Positions 34,365 through 47,847 of a stretch of 64,000 bases of DNA are shown here, piece after piece. This DNA is from Octopus sinensis (lineage: Eukaryota). The DNA lies in assembly GCF_006345805.1 (NCBI RefSeq), contig NW_021832601.1, forward strand, positions 1-64,000, read 5' to 3'. Each line of letters starts with the position of its first letter. Positions within the stretch are counted from its first letter, which is position 1. The notes under the pieces are model-generated. The model saw only the letters and a list, made by a program, of their open reading frames with translations. It was not told where the DNA came from and did no database searches. The translations under genes and the position numbers were made by a program.

Positions 34365-35120
34365 CAGTAAACTCTCTAGAATCTGCCAATTCTTATATTT
34401 GCCAATTCTGAAATTCGCCATTTTTTATCGATTCTTTCTACTTTTCAATGATATTTGCCAATTCTGAAATTTGCCACAATTTTTGAAAATTCTCTTTATT
34501 AATTAAAAAAATTTTTTTAATTGAAAAAAATAAAAAGAATTTAAAGCAAGCATGGTCCGCACTGTTCCTGTTGGAAGCTACTCTAGACTTACAATTGCTC
34601 AAAAAGTGGAAATATTGCGTTACAAAGAAAGTAATAAGTCTGCTTCATGTCAGACGATTTGCAGCAGATTTTCTACAATCTTTAAAAAGACAATCTCAAG
34701 AAGACAGACAATCTTTATTGAAAATAGATTAATTTTGTTATTAATGGATAATTGCCCATCCCATTGACCGCTTCTTTATTTGGAAAATATTAAAATAATG
34801 TTTATTCCAAAATACAGTACAGGGCTTATTCAGCCAATGGATCTGGGCATTATAAAAACGTTCAAAGTACATTTTACACGACACAAATTACTTTATTTAA
34901 CGGATATATTGGAATGTGAGAAATAGTCAGTCTATGAATCGTATAAAAAGTTAACTCTTAGAGATACTGTATTGTTTGTAAAAATGGCATGGGAAGATGT
35001 GAAATCTCAAACGATTTCAAACTTTTTCAAACGTCTAAAATGTACAGAATGTGAACCACAACTTCTTAACATAAATATACCAGCTGACATTATAAGCAAA
35101 ACAGATATTTATGATCCAAC
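34365..35120 (+). mobile_element. Internally deleted pogo/Tigger element, 3' end lost
   Basis: TA|CAGTAAACTCTC terminus; gccaattctgaaatt repeats; RLTIAQKVEIL (HTH), LLMDNCPSH, IQPMDLGIIKTFK and AWEDVKSQTISNFF. Confidence 0.8.
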
Positions 35121-35149
35121 AAAAGTCCCGTACGACTCCAGTTTGCTTA

Positions 35150-37110
35150 GAGATTTCTTAGTGCTTCACGTACAAATTCTCTAAGAATTGTATCAATCGG
35201 CTCCACATCTTGAGTTTTAGCCAGTTGTTTCCGCAGACATGAGGGAATCTCTTTAAGAGAGACGGCAGTCCATTAGTCGATTTAGCCAGATCTCTTTTCC
35301 TTTGCTCTCCATACTACTGAGTCGATTGAAAATCTTCCAAAATTGAGGATTTTTCTTATTCAATTTTGAGCATTAATTCTTCTAAGCGGAGTTTGAATGT
35401 TTTCTTGTGAAATCATTTATTTCTGTTTTCATAAGAACTTTTTCCAGAATAAAAGTGGAGTCCAAGGGGTCAAAACATTGTTTTAACTTTTTTTCAAGGT
35501 TCCCCTTCCTTTTTATAAGCTTTCCTAGAGATTCATCCAGTCGGATTAGTTTTTCCGGGACATATCATACCCGATGAAGTGGTCTTTACAAATCGTAGTC
35601 TATTTTCGCACGCATAAAGAATGAGGTAGGTGATCGCTGCCGATGTTTACCTCTATCTGTGGTATGTTGGATTGGTAAATGACACCAGCCAAGACGAGGA
35701 AAACTACTATCCGGTCTTTTCCGTGATAAGAGAAATAGTTTGTTTCTTGTGAAGTCAAGACACTGAAGCTGCATTTCTCCGATAATCCGAGGAGTATCCG
35801 ATTGTCCCTAATTGTATTTTTGCATTCATATGAGATCTGTTTTGCGTTAAGGTCACCTATTAGAATTTATCTGTAATGATTTGCGAAGAAGTCTTTTATA
35901 AGTTTACAATAATTCTTCATTTCTTTGAAGTAAAGACCTCCCACACGCATTCATCCAAGTGAAGTTACGATTTCCAAAGTCATAAGTTCACCCAAATTTT
36001 CTTCTAAGATTTTTATATCCCTCAGTTTATATTATATAGATGTCCCAGTACCAGCCACAGCGTCCGGTCGTCACGGGATGCCGGTTAATCGAAATTCATC
36101 GATTCTGTGATGTTGATTTTCCTTAACCATCGTTTTATTTACAATCAATAAATCCATGTTTACAGAGTTAACCAGGTAAGTTAGCTCCGTAGCCCGTTTT
36201 CAAATTGACCGAGCGTTAAGCTTAAAAGCGCTCATTTCGTGGAGTTTTGGCGACTGTTCTCCATAACGAGCGTCACCAGTTCAAGTAAATTTTTAAGTTT
36301 TCTTAGTCGTCGTTTTCGATTTTAAATGGATCATTTACAATTCCGCCTTTAGCTGTTCAACTGCACTTGTCCTTTCCCTGTCCGGTATGTTAGATAGTTG
36401 GTATCCAGAGATTGACTTTAGTGTGTCCGAGGTTCATAGATGTTGCTGCTTCTTTAGGCAGATTTTTAAAATCGGTTGTGTTCACGCCTGTTCTACCTTT
36501 AATTTTGGGTTTTGTGTTGATATAGATGGCGTCGTAGTTTTCCACGTGTTTGACCCGGGTTCATAGATGCCGTCTGTCTAAACCTCCTCGGCCACGAGTT
36601 TTGCATTTTTGGTAAAGTTCCTTTTTTCGAACTGTTTGCATACTCTCTTTTCCTGTTTCTGTGTTGTAGCTTTTTTCCTTTTTCTTTGATGCAGAAGCCG
36701 TGTCAACTTTGTTCTATGATCTGGGGTCTTCAGAGCTATCCTCTTTTGGGGAAGTTCCTTGGCGATTGGGCATCCGTCGTAATTGGCCATGTGCGCGGAG
36801 GATTCACAGTTTATGCACCTGGTGAAGTACTTCCAAGACATTAGACATTCCAAACGGATGTGTGGCCCTTCACCGATGAGAAATCTCGCTTTTTCTTTAC
36901 AAAACCGTGAGATATGTCCAAAGCGCTGGCAGCGGAAACATTGGGTGTCTGGTAACTTGTACCAGCTACATAAAATTTCGTGGAAACCGATTTTCAAGCC
37001 CATTCGCACGAGGGGGCTGCTTCCAGTCATAATTAACGTGTCAACTCTGATTTCGACTCTCTGGATCGACATGATTGATACACCGAATGTCCTTTTAATT
37101 TCTTGCTTCG
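35150..37110 (-). mobile_element. APE-type LINE 5' part: ORF1 gag-like with CCHC knuckles plus AP endonuclease remnant
   Basis: QCFRCQRFGHISRFC..RCINCESSAHMANYDGCP; ILIGDLNAK near 35860. Confidence 0.75.
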
Positions 37111-37112
37111 TT

Positions 37113-37571
37113 TTATTTCATACATTCAACATAACTGAAGATGGATACACTTAACCACAGCATCTTACTATATCGCGTGGCTAGGTAGTCGACAGTCTGC
37201 TTGTTTTTTTGCAATGAACGCATTGTGATTCCGTTTACAAAGAACAAATTCCTATCCTGCAAAAGACGGTACAATGCTTCGCTCCGTGGACCATTGTTCC
37301 CTTTCGATAGCCATTGCGAAGAAGTAGATAGGTCGACATTTGATTCCTTCATACATTTAAACATCACCGAGTGTATTGATTTACAGCTGAGTTGGTTATG
37401 CAAAAGTTTTCTTTGAGGGTCCTTGAGTAAATCAATGTTCACATTTTCCCCGCAGACAGCTGCATATTTAAAAGCAAAAAATTCTGCGATTGTGGCTAAG
37501 TGCCATTTTCTTGTTTTTATTACTCGCAAAGTACCCGACCGCCTCAGACAAATAATCGACTGTTTTAACAA
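37113..37571 (-). mobile_element. R4-like RLE retrotransposon fragment
   Basis: WLSKGNNGPRSEAL..LQDRNLF..TVDYLATR. Confidence 0.7.
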
Positions 37572-38561
37572 TAATTAGTTAATGTTTGCTTTGAAATAAT
37601 TGATTATTTTATTTTTATTTGTTGAAAATGATTGAAATTGATTTCAGCAACATGGTCTCACCTTCGGCTCGTTTCATTCTCGGATCGTGACATTATATTC
37701 GAGCTTATTTAATATACTAACTTGCTTAGGTTAAATTACATCAAACAATATTTTATCCATTTCTTCATTGTTTACTTTCCAGAATTATTTGTGAAATTTC
37801 TACAACAACCTGACAGAAGACTTGCCCTCCTCATAAAAGTTTTAAACAATAGTTCATTTTCCCTTTGAAACGCTTTAATACTTTAAACAAGTTTAAGCTG
37901 AGTTTTTCGTAAATTTCAAAGACATTGTTTTAACAGTTTTACCGAAACTAGAATGTCCAGAGTATAATTAATTTCATGATTAATTTATTTCTAAAAAGAA
38001 TAGGTTTGATTGATTTAATACTAATTAGGATAGCTTTCTTAATATAATTTTGACGTATTTCGCAATATTCATGATTTCAAGATGCCCAAGTGCGAATATC
38101 AATTCTAAGGATACTTGACAATTATTGAAACGAAAAATCCAAAAAATACAATTTTATCACTCGTTTTAGAGACGATTGGGCATTTTGATTTATTTTTACA
38201 ACAAATATTCAATTCTAGTTGTTGATTAGGTTAAACGTTGAAAATCACGGCTTAATATCACCAAGTGTTTATTTCCTAAAATTATCGAAATAATATTTGA
38301 CTATTTACGGGAAAAATTTCCTGTAATCACAGTAGATTTCTTGCAAACTATTTGAAAATGACTTTAGAAACTATTCATAAGTTATGCATCGTATATGGTC
38401 ATATTGTTCAGTCGTACGTCATCGAAGTTGTTTCCTAATAAAGACTTAAATTTAAATATTTTTTGAAGTTTTATTTAAAATAATATTAGCAATTGTGGTG
38501 GGATTTCTTATTCTTTAAAATTAAAAACTCAGTTAAATTAACCGATAAAATATTAATAATA

Positions 38562-38918
38562 TCAATCTGTTTTTAAAAATGAATGTCTAAATTCCTGAGC
38601 TGCAATTAACGAGGTAGCATCGACTTCAAGTGTGGAAAACCGATTCTTTAATGGGAGTTCAGTAATTTTGTCACATTTTGGGCAACGAATTGTCCAAAAA
38701 TTAGCAGAAAGTTGTCTTAGTAAACAGTATTTGCATATTGTATGGTTGCAAGATTTAAGAATTTTCGGAATTCTCTTGCTCTCGTCGAATAATATTTGAC
38801 AAGAAAAGCAATGACTTTTTGTTTTCAGTATTTCCTTTTTCTTTGGATTAAATATACTTTCGTATGTAGGAGGGAATTGAGTAGAATTAGAATCCGGGAG
38901 ATCCATACCTGACCACAT
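38562..38918 (-). CDS. Small RING-HC finger protein (RNF183/RNF208-like pattern); may have an upstream exon
   Basis: CFSC..F....RIPKIL.SCNHTICKYCL..IRCPKC; an AG acceptor lies directly before the ATG. Confidence 0.7.
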   Translation of the reverse strand: MWSGMDLPDSNSTQFPPTYESIFNPKKKEILKTKSHCFSCQILFDESKRIPKILKSCNHTICKYCLLRQLSANFWTIRCPKCDKITELPLKNRFSTLEVDATSLIAAQEFRHSFLKTD

Positions 38919-39149
38919 CTATAAAAAAAATTTATTAGATTTAGTTTATAGTTACTATAATGAATATTTCTAAAAAATAAATATTTCTAATTAACCAAAT
39001 TAATTTAAAATATACGTAAAAATTATTTTATAAACTAGAATTTGATGACTCATAAAATAATCCATTTTTTGTTAATTACCATGACAACAAAACTATTTAA
39101 CCTAAAGACAAATAGACGTTAATTGTATATAACTTTAGCTAGACTATTT

Positions 39150-39640
39150 AATTTAGATTCTCAGTCCCGATTATTAGAAATCTCTCTTCTTCTTTCAGGA
39201 GAAGAGTTTGCAACCAGTTCCATCCACACTCTCCATCTCCCGGTCAGATGGATTTTCTATTTGTCCCATATCTTTCACCGCGTGTCACGGCAGCATGCCA
39301 CTTCTGCAAGCTGGTAAGCAGCAGAGGTGTATTCTTCGGCAGATACTCTCACTCCGTGTCTGTGTTCAACTACCATGCTTTCTAGAGTCCTTTTTAGAAC
39401 AACAAATTGAATATAAGTTCTTGTGGCTTTTTCAATCGATTATTTGTCCATATAGTTTTTGAAGTATCTCGAAACAACGCCATCCCACGTCAAGACAACC
39501 GGGATAATCTTAGCCTTTGCATCATAAAGTATCGAGAGTTCGTTTGCGAGCTAATCATATTTATGAAATTTCTTGGTTTCAAACTAGTTAATAATATGAA
39601 AGACAAAAATAATCTTTATTAGAACGGCGAAAAAAACTCG
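39150..39640 (-). mobile_element. R4-like RLE retrotransposon C-terminal fragment
   Basis: ETKKFHKYD*LANELSILYDAKAKIIPVVLTWDGVV..RTYIQFVVLKRTLES. Confidence 0.75.
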
Positions 39641-40156
39641 AAGAATTGTTAAATTGTCTTGGAATCAACTAAAAGTTTAAACTTTTATTTTTTAACTTAA
39701 ATTCATTTTTTAATTTAAAGGCATTAAAATTTATGTAAACGAGTCAATTTTAACGTCATGCATAAAATTTATTTATTACTCATAATATTTTTTAATAAAT
39801 ACCTTCCTTCAATTTGTTTAATTTCATTTACAATAAGTACCAGTGCAGCAATCTAGAGAGTGGCGAACCAGTGAGTTCAATCGGCACCCGAGAACGTTAT
39901 TAATTGTTGTCCAAGTCAATAATCCAAATATTTTAGTGTATGGTGAAGGTAGGTATTGCACATTTCAATCGTTTGCAGAATTCACATAATTCTCTTTTAA
40001 AAATTGCACTGACTGGATTAAATATGAAAGTCTAAAATATAAGTGTAATGTGATTTAACAATCTTTTAAGTTTTTTACCATTTGTGTATTAAAAAAACAA
40101 ATTTTGAAAAAAATGAGTGAAAAAAAATTTGAAAAGTTTTATTAAAGTTTTGATTT

Positions 40157-42414
40157 TTAAGAAGCAGAAGGATCATGTGGGATCTCTAATTCTGTAATCA
40201 TCTCATAGGCAATTTTATCAGACTTCAATTCTAGCGGTTGAAAGGGGAAAATCACACGAAAATCACTATAGATAAACTTTTGATTTAAAGAATCACTTTT
40301 CACACTAATTATAGTTAGTTTAAAAATAAATACTTAAGGTGAAGGCAATATTGAAGATAGCCCAGATGTTGGCTCATATCGACACCTTCCACAGGAATTG
40401 GTGCGTATATTAATTTTTGTCGTATATAAGTCGTTTCGTTAGGTGGCATGGAAGTCAAATTATATTCAATCAAAAATATTTTTTTAACTTTTTTATTAGG
40501 TTGAAACAAAATCTAAAATAAGAATTACAGGAATCGTCAATCTAACCAATTGCAGCTTCCCCTTAGAAGGAATTCGATATTCGACGTTTTGAAGATCTAT
40601 AAAACCCTATCAAAATGATTAAAATAACAAATAGACCAAATAAGGACACAATTCGGGAGTATTCAAAGAATTGTCGAAATAAAACGAAAGTAAGGAAAAC
40701 GTTTCTTTTTTATGATATGATTTTCGATAAGAGTAGAAGTCAATGGTGTAGTCGGCAACGTAGCCAACTGGACGAATTTCACCCACAAGTAAATCATCCT
40801 TGAATAAATAAGTCCAGCATGAAAAAGTATTATTTAGTTAATATAATATACCAAATAAGTATTTGGTTTATTTCTGTCCACGTTCAATAGACTACGTGTG
40901 AGGTTAGTGCTTGGGGCTATATTTTGGAAATTTGCGTTTGCCCTGAGTCGTTGCAGGTGCCTAAAATATACGATGTTAGTGGCCAAACATTGTAAGAACG
41001 CTTGAACTTATTTTGGAAGGGTTAAATTTAAATCTATCAAAATTACGAGTTCTCTATAAAATAAGCACGATAAAAATACATTTTCAGGTTCAGATGGTGC
41101 ATTCCTGCATGTAATAACAAAGGGTGACTTCGGAACAAAAATACTTGTTTTCAATCTAGGTTCATCGATTTCCATTTTTTGATGGGTTGGCGTTTTTTCT
41201 TTTCATTTGTCAATTTAAATAATGAAACCTGATTCAGAATGTGCTTTATCACATAGTTGAATATTTCCTGAAATACTTGAAAATTCTTCTGTGGGATAAT
41301 TCGTATCTCTAGATATTTCTGCAACAGATTAAAAATGTATACTCTAACCAATTAAAGTAGGCAACTTTTCAGACTGAGATGTAAAGTCCAACAGTTCTAA
41401 AGAAACTGTTGATTCTTCGTATTTACCTGCTAATACATAGTGCATTCCTTTTTTAATATCATCAGATTTGCGAATTTGTTCGGATTCTTGTTTCTCATCC
41501 TGTATTTCATTTGATTCTTCAAATGGAGAAACACTCGATTCTGAATTTGACCTATCTCTAGATTTTCTTTTAGACGCTGGTGATTCTACAGACTCAGTTG
41601 ACCTTGATCGTCTCAATGTTTTATCTTCAGCAATATTCGAGTCTGTAAAATACTCCCATGAATGTTACCAGATATACAGAAATTGAGTATATATAATTTA
41701 GATTCCTTTTCGAGGGAAGTTGATACACTGGTTGTATAAAAAAATTGGTCTTCTGTATTTTTAAAGTTAAAATTAAGAGGAAGCCATTCGACGCTCAAAA
41801 ATAGACCCTCCATGTCACGTCTCCAAGAACATGACGGAAACTGAAGATTTTTAGGCTTGTTTATGAAATTTAAAGTTTTTGTAGTATTAATCGAAATGGA
41901 CACTTTTGGCAAAAGACGATTTGTTCGAATAAATTTTGACACTTCCCCATCATCCAAATAGCTGTGAAAGAATTTATTCATTCTCTCCCATTTGTTTTGA
42001 CTATAAAATAATTTTTTCGTTTACAGTTGGAAATCTGTGATTTGATTAAACGTCCATCTTTCAATAAGAAATGTTTCTTTGTCATAATTTTCATCTTGAG
42101 GGTCTTCTTTATAAGCATTTACTTTGCATTCGAAATATATGTCGATATAAATTGTGGGAATAATGTTTTGTGGAAAAAATATCATTTCTCCAATAAAATC
42201 ATTTCTCTGACATTCCTGTCAAATCATAAACTATAAATTATACAATATCTAAATCGATTTCAGCGAATGTGTAAAAAGCAGGAAGTTTGCAATTTAAAGG
42301 ACTTGTTCTTTTCAAATAAATTCTATCGAAGATATTTGCAAAGGATATGCATAAAGAATGGATTCTTGACTTATATTTGACTGTATCCAAGATCTGAGAT
42401 TTACTAGGTTTCAT
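40157..42414 (-). CDS. ATOSA: ATOS/FAM214 homolog, multi-exon
   Basis: N-domain FLIERWTF..LNFINKPKNLQFP..LFLSVEWLP. C-domain LLVGEIRPVG..CPYLG..YRIPSKGKLQL.LFQPNKKVKKIFLIEYNLTSMPPNETTYIRQK..LQYCLHL matches the FAM214 C-terminal domain pattern. Confidence 0.82.
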
Positions 42415-42515
42415 GTCAATTATGAAACTAAATTCGTTATTTATTGTGATTAGCTTAACGGGTTTATGTAATAGGTGTAATAGACTAAATCTTAATAATA
42501 AAATGGTATGGTGTG

Positions 42516-42516
<1 letters not shown>

Positions 42517-42552
<36 letters not shown>
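42517..42552 (+). repeat. (GTCT)9 microsatellite
   Basis: Direct reading. Confidence 0.95.
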
Positions 42553-42554
<2 letters not shown>

Positions 42555-42578
42555 GTGTGCACACCAACTTCAAATTGG

Positions 42579-43655
42579 CAATACGATGTCCTCGACTTAC
42601 ATGATGAGGTCCTTAAAACCTTCCCCCCCAAAAAAAATTAAAAAAAAATTTTCTGCATTTTGGTTAAAATGAACAACTACAATGTCCTAGACTTACATGA
42701 TGAAGTCCTTAAAACCTTCCCCCCAAAAAAATTAAAAAAATTTTCTGCATTTTGGTTAAAATGAACAACTACAATGTCCTCGACTTACATGATGAAGTCT
42801 TAAAACCTTCCCCCCAAAAAAAATTAAAAAATTTTCTGCATTTTGGTTAAAATGAACAACTACAATGTCCTCGACTTACATGATGAAGTCCTTAAAACCT
42901 TCCCCCCAAAAAAAATTAAAAAAAAATTTTCTGCTTTGGTTAAAATGAACAACTACAATGTCCTCGACTTACATGATGAAGTCCTTAAAACCTTCCCCCC
43001 AAAAAAAATTAAAAAAAAATTTCTGCATTTTGGTTAAAATGAAAAACTACAATGTCCTCAACTTACATGATGAAGTCCTTAAAACCTTCCCTCCAAAAAA
43101 AATTAAAAAAAAATTTCTGCATTTTGGTTAAAATGAACAACTACAATGTCCTCGACTTACATGATGAAGTCCTTAAAACCTTCCCCCCAAAAAAAATAAA
43201 AAAAAAAAAAAAATTTTCTGCATTTTGGTTAAAATGAACAACTACAATGTCCTCAACTTACATGATGAAGTCCTTAAAACCTTCCCCCCAAAAAAATTAA
43301 AAAAAAATTTCTGCATTTTGGTTAAAATGAACAACTACAATGTCCTCGACTTACATGATGAAGTCCTTAAAACCTTCCCCCCAAAAAAAATTAAAAAAAA
43401 ATTTTCTGCATTTTGGTTAAAATGAACAACTACAATGTCCTCAACTTACATGATGAAGTCCTTAAAACCTTCCCCCCAAAAAAAATTAAAAAAAAATTTT
43501 CTGCATTTTGGTTAAAATGAACAACTACAAGTCCTCGACTTACATGATGAAGTCCTTAAAACCTTTCCCCCAAAAAATCAAAAAATTATTTTCTGCATTT
43601 TGATTAAAATGAACAACTCGAATGTCCTCGACATTCATGATGAGGTCCATTAACC
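42579..43655 (+). repeat. Tandem satellite array, about 94-bp unit, about 11 copies
   Basis: The core atgtcctcgacttacatgatgaagtccttaaaacc recurs 12 times at 91-101 bp spacing. Units differ mainly in homopolymer length. Confidence 0.95.
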
Positions 43656-43865
43656 TTCAAGGCAAAAATCTCACGTATTAAGAATCTTGATGAAAACGAC
43701 AGCGAGAATATTAACAATGATGAACTCCCAATTATTCGCGATAAAGAAATTCAATTCATCCTATGTTTTTCTCTTTAAAATTAAATGCATATATCATTAT
43801 CGACCATGAATCAAAATTAAAGCTATTATCATATTTGACTTTGACAGAATGTGCAATCACAGATT

Positions 43866-44069
43866 GCACGACTTTGAATAGAGTGTGCAATTAACAGATT
43901 TTGAAAAACCACTTTGATAGTTGAAACCACATTAGCACAATCATTAACACAATTTACCACCAATTGACGCACGACCTTGAATAGAGTGTGCAATTAACAG
44001 ATTTTGAAAAACACTTTGATAGTTGAAACCACATTAGCACAAACATTAACACAATTTACCACCAATGAC
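43866..44069 (+). repeat. Tandem duplication of a ~103-bp unit
   Basis: cacgac(t/c)ttgaatagagtgtgcaattaacagattttgaaaaa..ttaacacaatttaccaccaat occurs twice. Confidence 0.9.
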
Positions 44070-45580
44070 AGCGCAATCAGAAGAATTTGCGTAAAAATAT
44101 TAACTATTTACTTGAGTTTTTCGTAAAGATAGAATTTATTTTCGGTATGCCTTTTTTCCTAAACTTTTTTATTATTCAAAAATAATTTTTTAAATAGATA
44201 ACCGAAGGAGGAAAACGAAGCTGAAGAAAAAACGGTCAGCTTAATAAGGTAATTAATTAAATCTTTTTGTGGTGTGTCGTTTTTTGTGTGTCGCTTTCTT
44301 GCCTGCCGCATTTCCGCCTGCCGCATCTCCCCTGCCCCATTTCCGCCAGTAAAAAAAAAAAAGAAAAAAAAAGGAAATTACAAAGGAAAAATGAAAAAAT
44401 TAAATATAAAAAAAAAAAACCACAAAAAATGAAAAAAAAGTGTGTGCAATGACAATAAACAAGGCCCAGGGACAGTCATTAAAGGTAGTTGGGTTATTTT
44501 AGAGAGTGAGTGCTTTTTACATGGACAGCTGTATGTGGGATGCTCGAGGGTAGGCAGAAGAGAAAATTTATTCATATATGCCAAGGAAGGACGGACGACA
44601 AACATCGTTTATCAACAGGCGATAGAATAGGGTTACATTAAACCAGGTAGTTTTATACATCTACATAAACTTATAGTGTTTGATGAAACAGGCCCTCCGC
44701 AGGAGCTAGGTCGCGGTGAGCGAAGCGAGCTGCCGAGCTAGTTACTAATAAAATAATTTTGTATCTAAATCTGCTTATTTTTTCTATATAAAAATGGAAT
44801 TAAATTTATTGAAAAACTGCAAAAAAAGGAAAACTGAAAGCGGGCTATTCCTATAGATATTCAAAAAAAACTTTAGTCCTGTCAACAAAAAATTCTTTTA
44901 ATTATGCCTGTCAAAGTTAATCTCACAATAGCATTCCCCAAGGTCCATGAGTTACAAAACGTGGGTCTGAAATCATTACTAGATATTTTAAACTCCCACC
45001 GACCACCGCCACTAAAGCTCAAAAATTGTTACTAGTAGATCCAGGCGATCTAATAGCCTTCGAAAAATCGCAATTTTATGAAAAACGTTGAGGTGTCTAA
45101 CAGACAAAATTGTCCATAGTGCGGCACAAGCAACGAGAGGATTATGACTTTCTTATTGTCGTGGATGTGCTAATAATGATAATTCGATAAAATTTTGTTG
45201 ATGCCTCGCTATCTTTCAAAACTGTTTAAGAGTATGATGATATAGTTAAAATATTCGAAGAGCTGGGATCACTTGAATATCTGAACAAAAAATACAAATT
45301 AACTCAAAAGTCGAAGAATTTTACTTTCATTACGAGACGGCTATATCTTAAATACTCGTGTGGATACCACAAAATTGTCATTTCTGCAGACAATCATGAG
45401 GACATACAATTACTGACTACAAAAATTCACCAACTGATTCATTGCGGACACACAACACGTTAACTTAGTTATAACCATGAAATAAATCAAAAAAATAAAT
45501 AAGTAATTGGAAGTCAGTTAGAATTAATTTGAAGTAAATTGGGTTTTCTTCAGTTAAATTTGTAATAAGTACATTTAGAA

Positions 45581-45844
45581 TTGTTTTTATGTATTATAAA
45601 ATTATTTAATCTTAATATATTGATTGATTTAAAAATTTCTATTAGGCGGATAACCGTTGGAGGTATATACTCCAAGAGGTTGAAAGACTATTCGAAGATT
45701 TTCAAAAATTTTCTAGAAGAAAATAAAAATCCAATTCTTGCTAGAGACCTAAATGCGAAGCATTCTGCATATAGCGGCGTAAAATCAAATCAGAATGGAA
45801 ATTGTTTATCTGAGATTAAAAAATCTTTAAATTTTAACGTCTGA
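45581..45844 (+). mobile_element. LINE AP-endonuclease remnant
   Basis: ITVGGIY..PILARDLNAKH..SNQNG resembles the APE GDLNAKH motif. Confidence 0.6.
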
Positions 45845-45959
45845 AGAGCATAACCACTTTCAGCAGAAAAGTGGTGATCGATTAGGATTGTTTACTGTTC
45901 CAAATGCCATAAGTGGTTTGTGTGACCGGCCTTATGTTGAAAATGTTGTGGGGGTGACC

Positions 45960-47300
45960 ATCTTTCTAACTCGACAATAAAATTTCTATCATTCTGACAC
46001 AGCCCCCGTCAAGGAATCCCTGCAAAACACAAATACGTTTACCTCGGCGAATTATATCAAAAGCTCTCGAAAGAAATGAATTAAAATTACGAAAATAAAG
46101 ACCTTCCAGGTAGATAAAAAACAGGATCTGTGATAATGAATTGCCTGTCGATTGCCAATGTGTGCTTTGAATTTTCGAAAGTACTCCGAGCCAACCCACA
46201 CTTCCAATTCCGTGTTTGTGTGAAGGACACGTATCATTCTCAAGCTGCCCTCGTCCAACAATGTTCCTAATAGCTAAATAAGATTTCCTCTGCGAACAGT
46301 TTCAAACGCTCTAAATAGATCTATTCCCAGTATGGAAACTCCCTTTCTGTACTTCTGTATCATGAGACACACCCATCTGTGTTTTTAGAAAGACAAGAAT
46401 GTGTCTGCGATAGAGATATTCTGTGAAGAACAATCAACAAAAGTAGTTTTATGTCTGAAATTTTCTACCGCTCCAACCTGCTTCTCTAGATTCTATATAG
46501 GAATTAAGACTCCTTGTCCAAGTAAAACGTCTATGTGCGTCGTAGATATCCCGTTTAGTATGTCGCATAACTGATAAGTGAGTGAGCTTGGCGACTATTT
46601 TAAAAGTTCTCCATTAATGCCATCAATACCCGGACTTCTACCATTATTCAATTTCCGGTAATTAAAACAATTAGACATCTAGGATCCCCAACAAACTGAG
46701 GTATGTGCTCATTGTCATTTATAAAGAGGAATTCAAACTATACAGCAATTTTTTCTGCCATTTTTTATCAAACATTCTTTTTCCATAGTCATCATGTAAA
46801 ATTAACTCTTTGGGTCTGTCCATTCTGTTTAGCAATCGAATAGATCGGAATATTTCTGGATTATAATTGAGCTGTTCGACTTCTTCAACGTACTGATCAA
46901 GCAATCTTCGATGAAGCAGGCGTGCTCTACTCTTTATATCCCGTAGAATGGTGTTCCTCTTATATTTTAGTTTTATGTTTATATCTATACGTTTTCTATT
47001 CTCTATACAAAGTCTAAGATTTTTAAAGTATAGAGATCATCAGGTAGATATTCTATTTTGACACAAATGTGTCGACTTTCTTACTAAATTTATTCCGCGT
47101 AGCATTGTTTGCGTGTAAGTTTTCTACTGCCAGTCTTCCAGAGAAGTGTTTTTTGTTTTTTTAATCACATTCTGACTCTAATAAAGTTTAAATCAAGAGA
47201 CAACAGTTTTGTGGTATCTCGATAGAAGTGTGCCACAGTAAGACCGTGAGTCCATCAGGATTCATTTAAGATTACTTCTACAGAGGATTTAATCAATTTG
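45960..47300 (-). mobile_element. Degenerate LINE (RT N-terminal region)
   Basis: RSPGIDGINGELLK and RAFDII motifs among stops and frameshifts. Confidence 0.55.
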
Positions 47301-47847
47301 ATTGTAAGTAGATACAACATCCCCATTCTGGTTCTGTCTTTGTCTCACCAGATTGTTACTAGAAAATGCAGACAATCTAGAAAGCTTTCAAGAAATTGCA
47401 ATCTTAAGAAAAGCGTGAAGGTGTCTAACAGACAAAATCGGCCAGGTTGTGGCAAAAGCGATGAGAGAATTATGACTTTCTTATTGTCGCGGATGTGGTA
47501 ATAATAAATAACAAATTAAGATTTCTAGATAAAGGCAAACTATTGAAGATAGACGTAAAGATTCTTTGAGGGCGTCTATATTTTAAACAGAAAGACTAAA
47601 TGAGGCGATGGGAGACGAAGTTGGCGGATAAAGGTTTTTTAGGATACACTTTCTGCAGGTTGAGTCTTGTTATGCTTCAGTTTATCTTTGTTGGTTTAAA
47701 TAAAAATATTTTATTTAAAATAAATAAATTAAATTTAATTATTACACTCTCGGTGTGTGAGATTTTCAATTTTAATTTGTATCTTATTAAATTAACGAGC
47801 TTCTTTTATTTTATTAAAATTCTGTTTCAAATTTCAGTTTATTAGAA

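Larger units (their letters stand above)
42490..44741 (+). mobile_element. Non-autonomous Helitron (2252 bp) with microsatellite, satellite array and helicase remnant
   Basis: A|TCTTAATAATAAAA 5' end followed by (GTCT)n; 3' helicase remnant (AMTINKAQGQ, HGQLYVGCSRVG, TTNIVY); GC-rich subterminal segment; CTAG|T end, i.e. insertion at an A^T site. Confidence 0.8.

Noticed and set aside
37600-38560. Possible leucine-rich gene downstream of the RING ORF
   Set aside because: No consistent spliced frame or motif could be reconstructed.
42579-43655. CRISPR-like array, or repeated ORFs MVKMNNYNVLDLHDEVLKTFPP
   Set aside because: Units are contiguous with no unique spacers, there are no cas genes and the context is eukaryotic. 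The ORFs break at homopolymer length changes.
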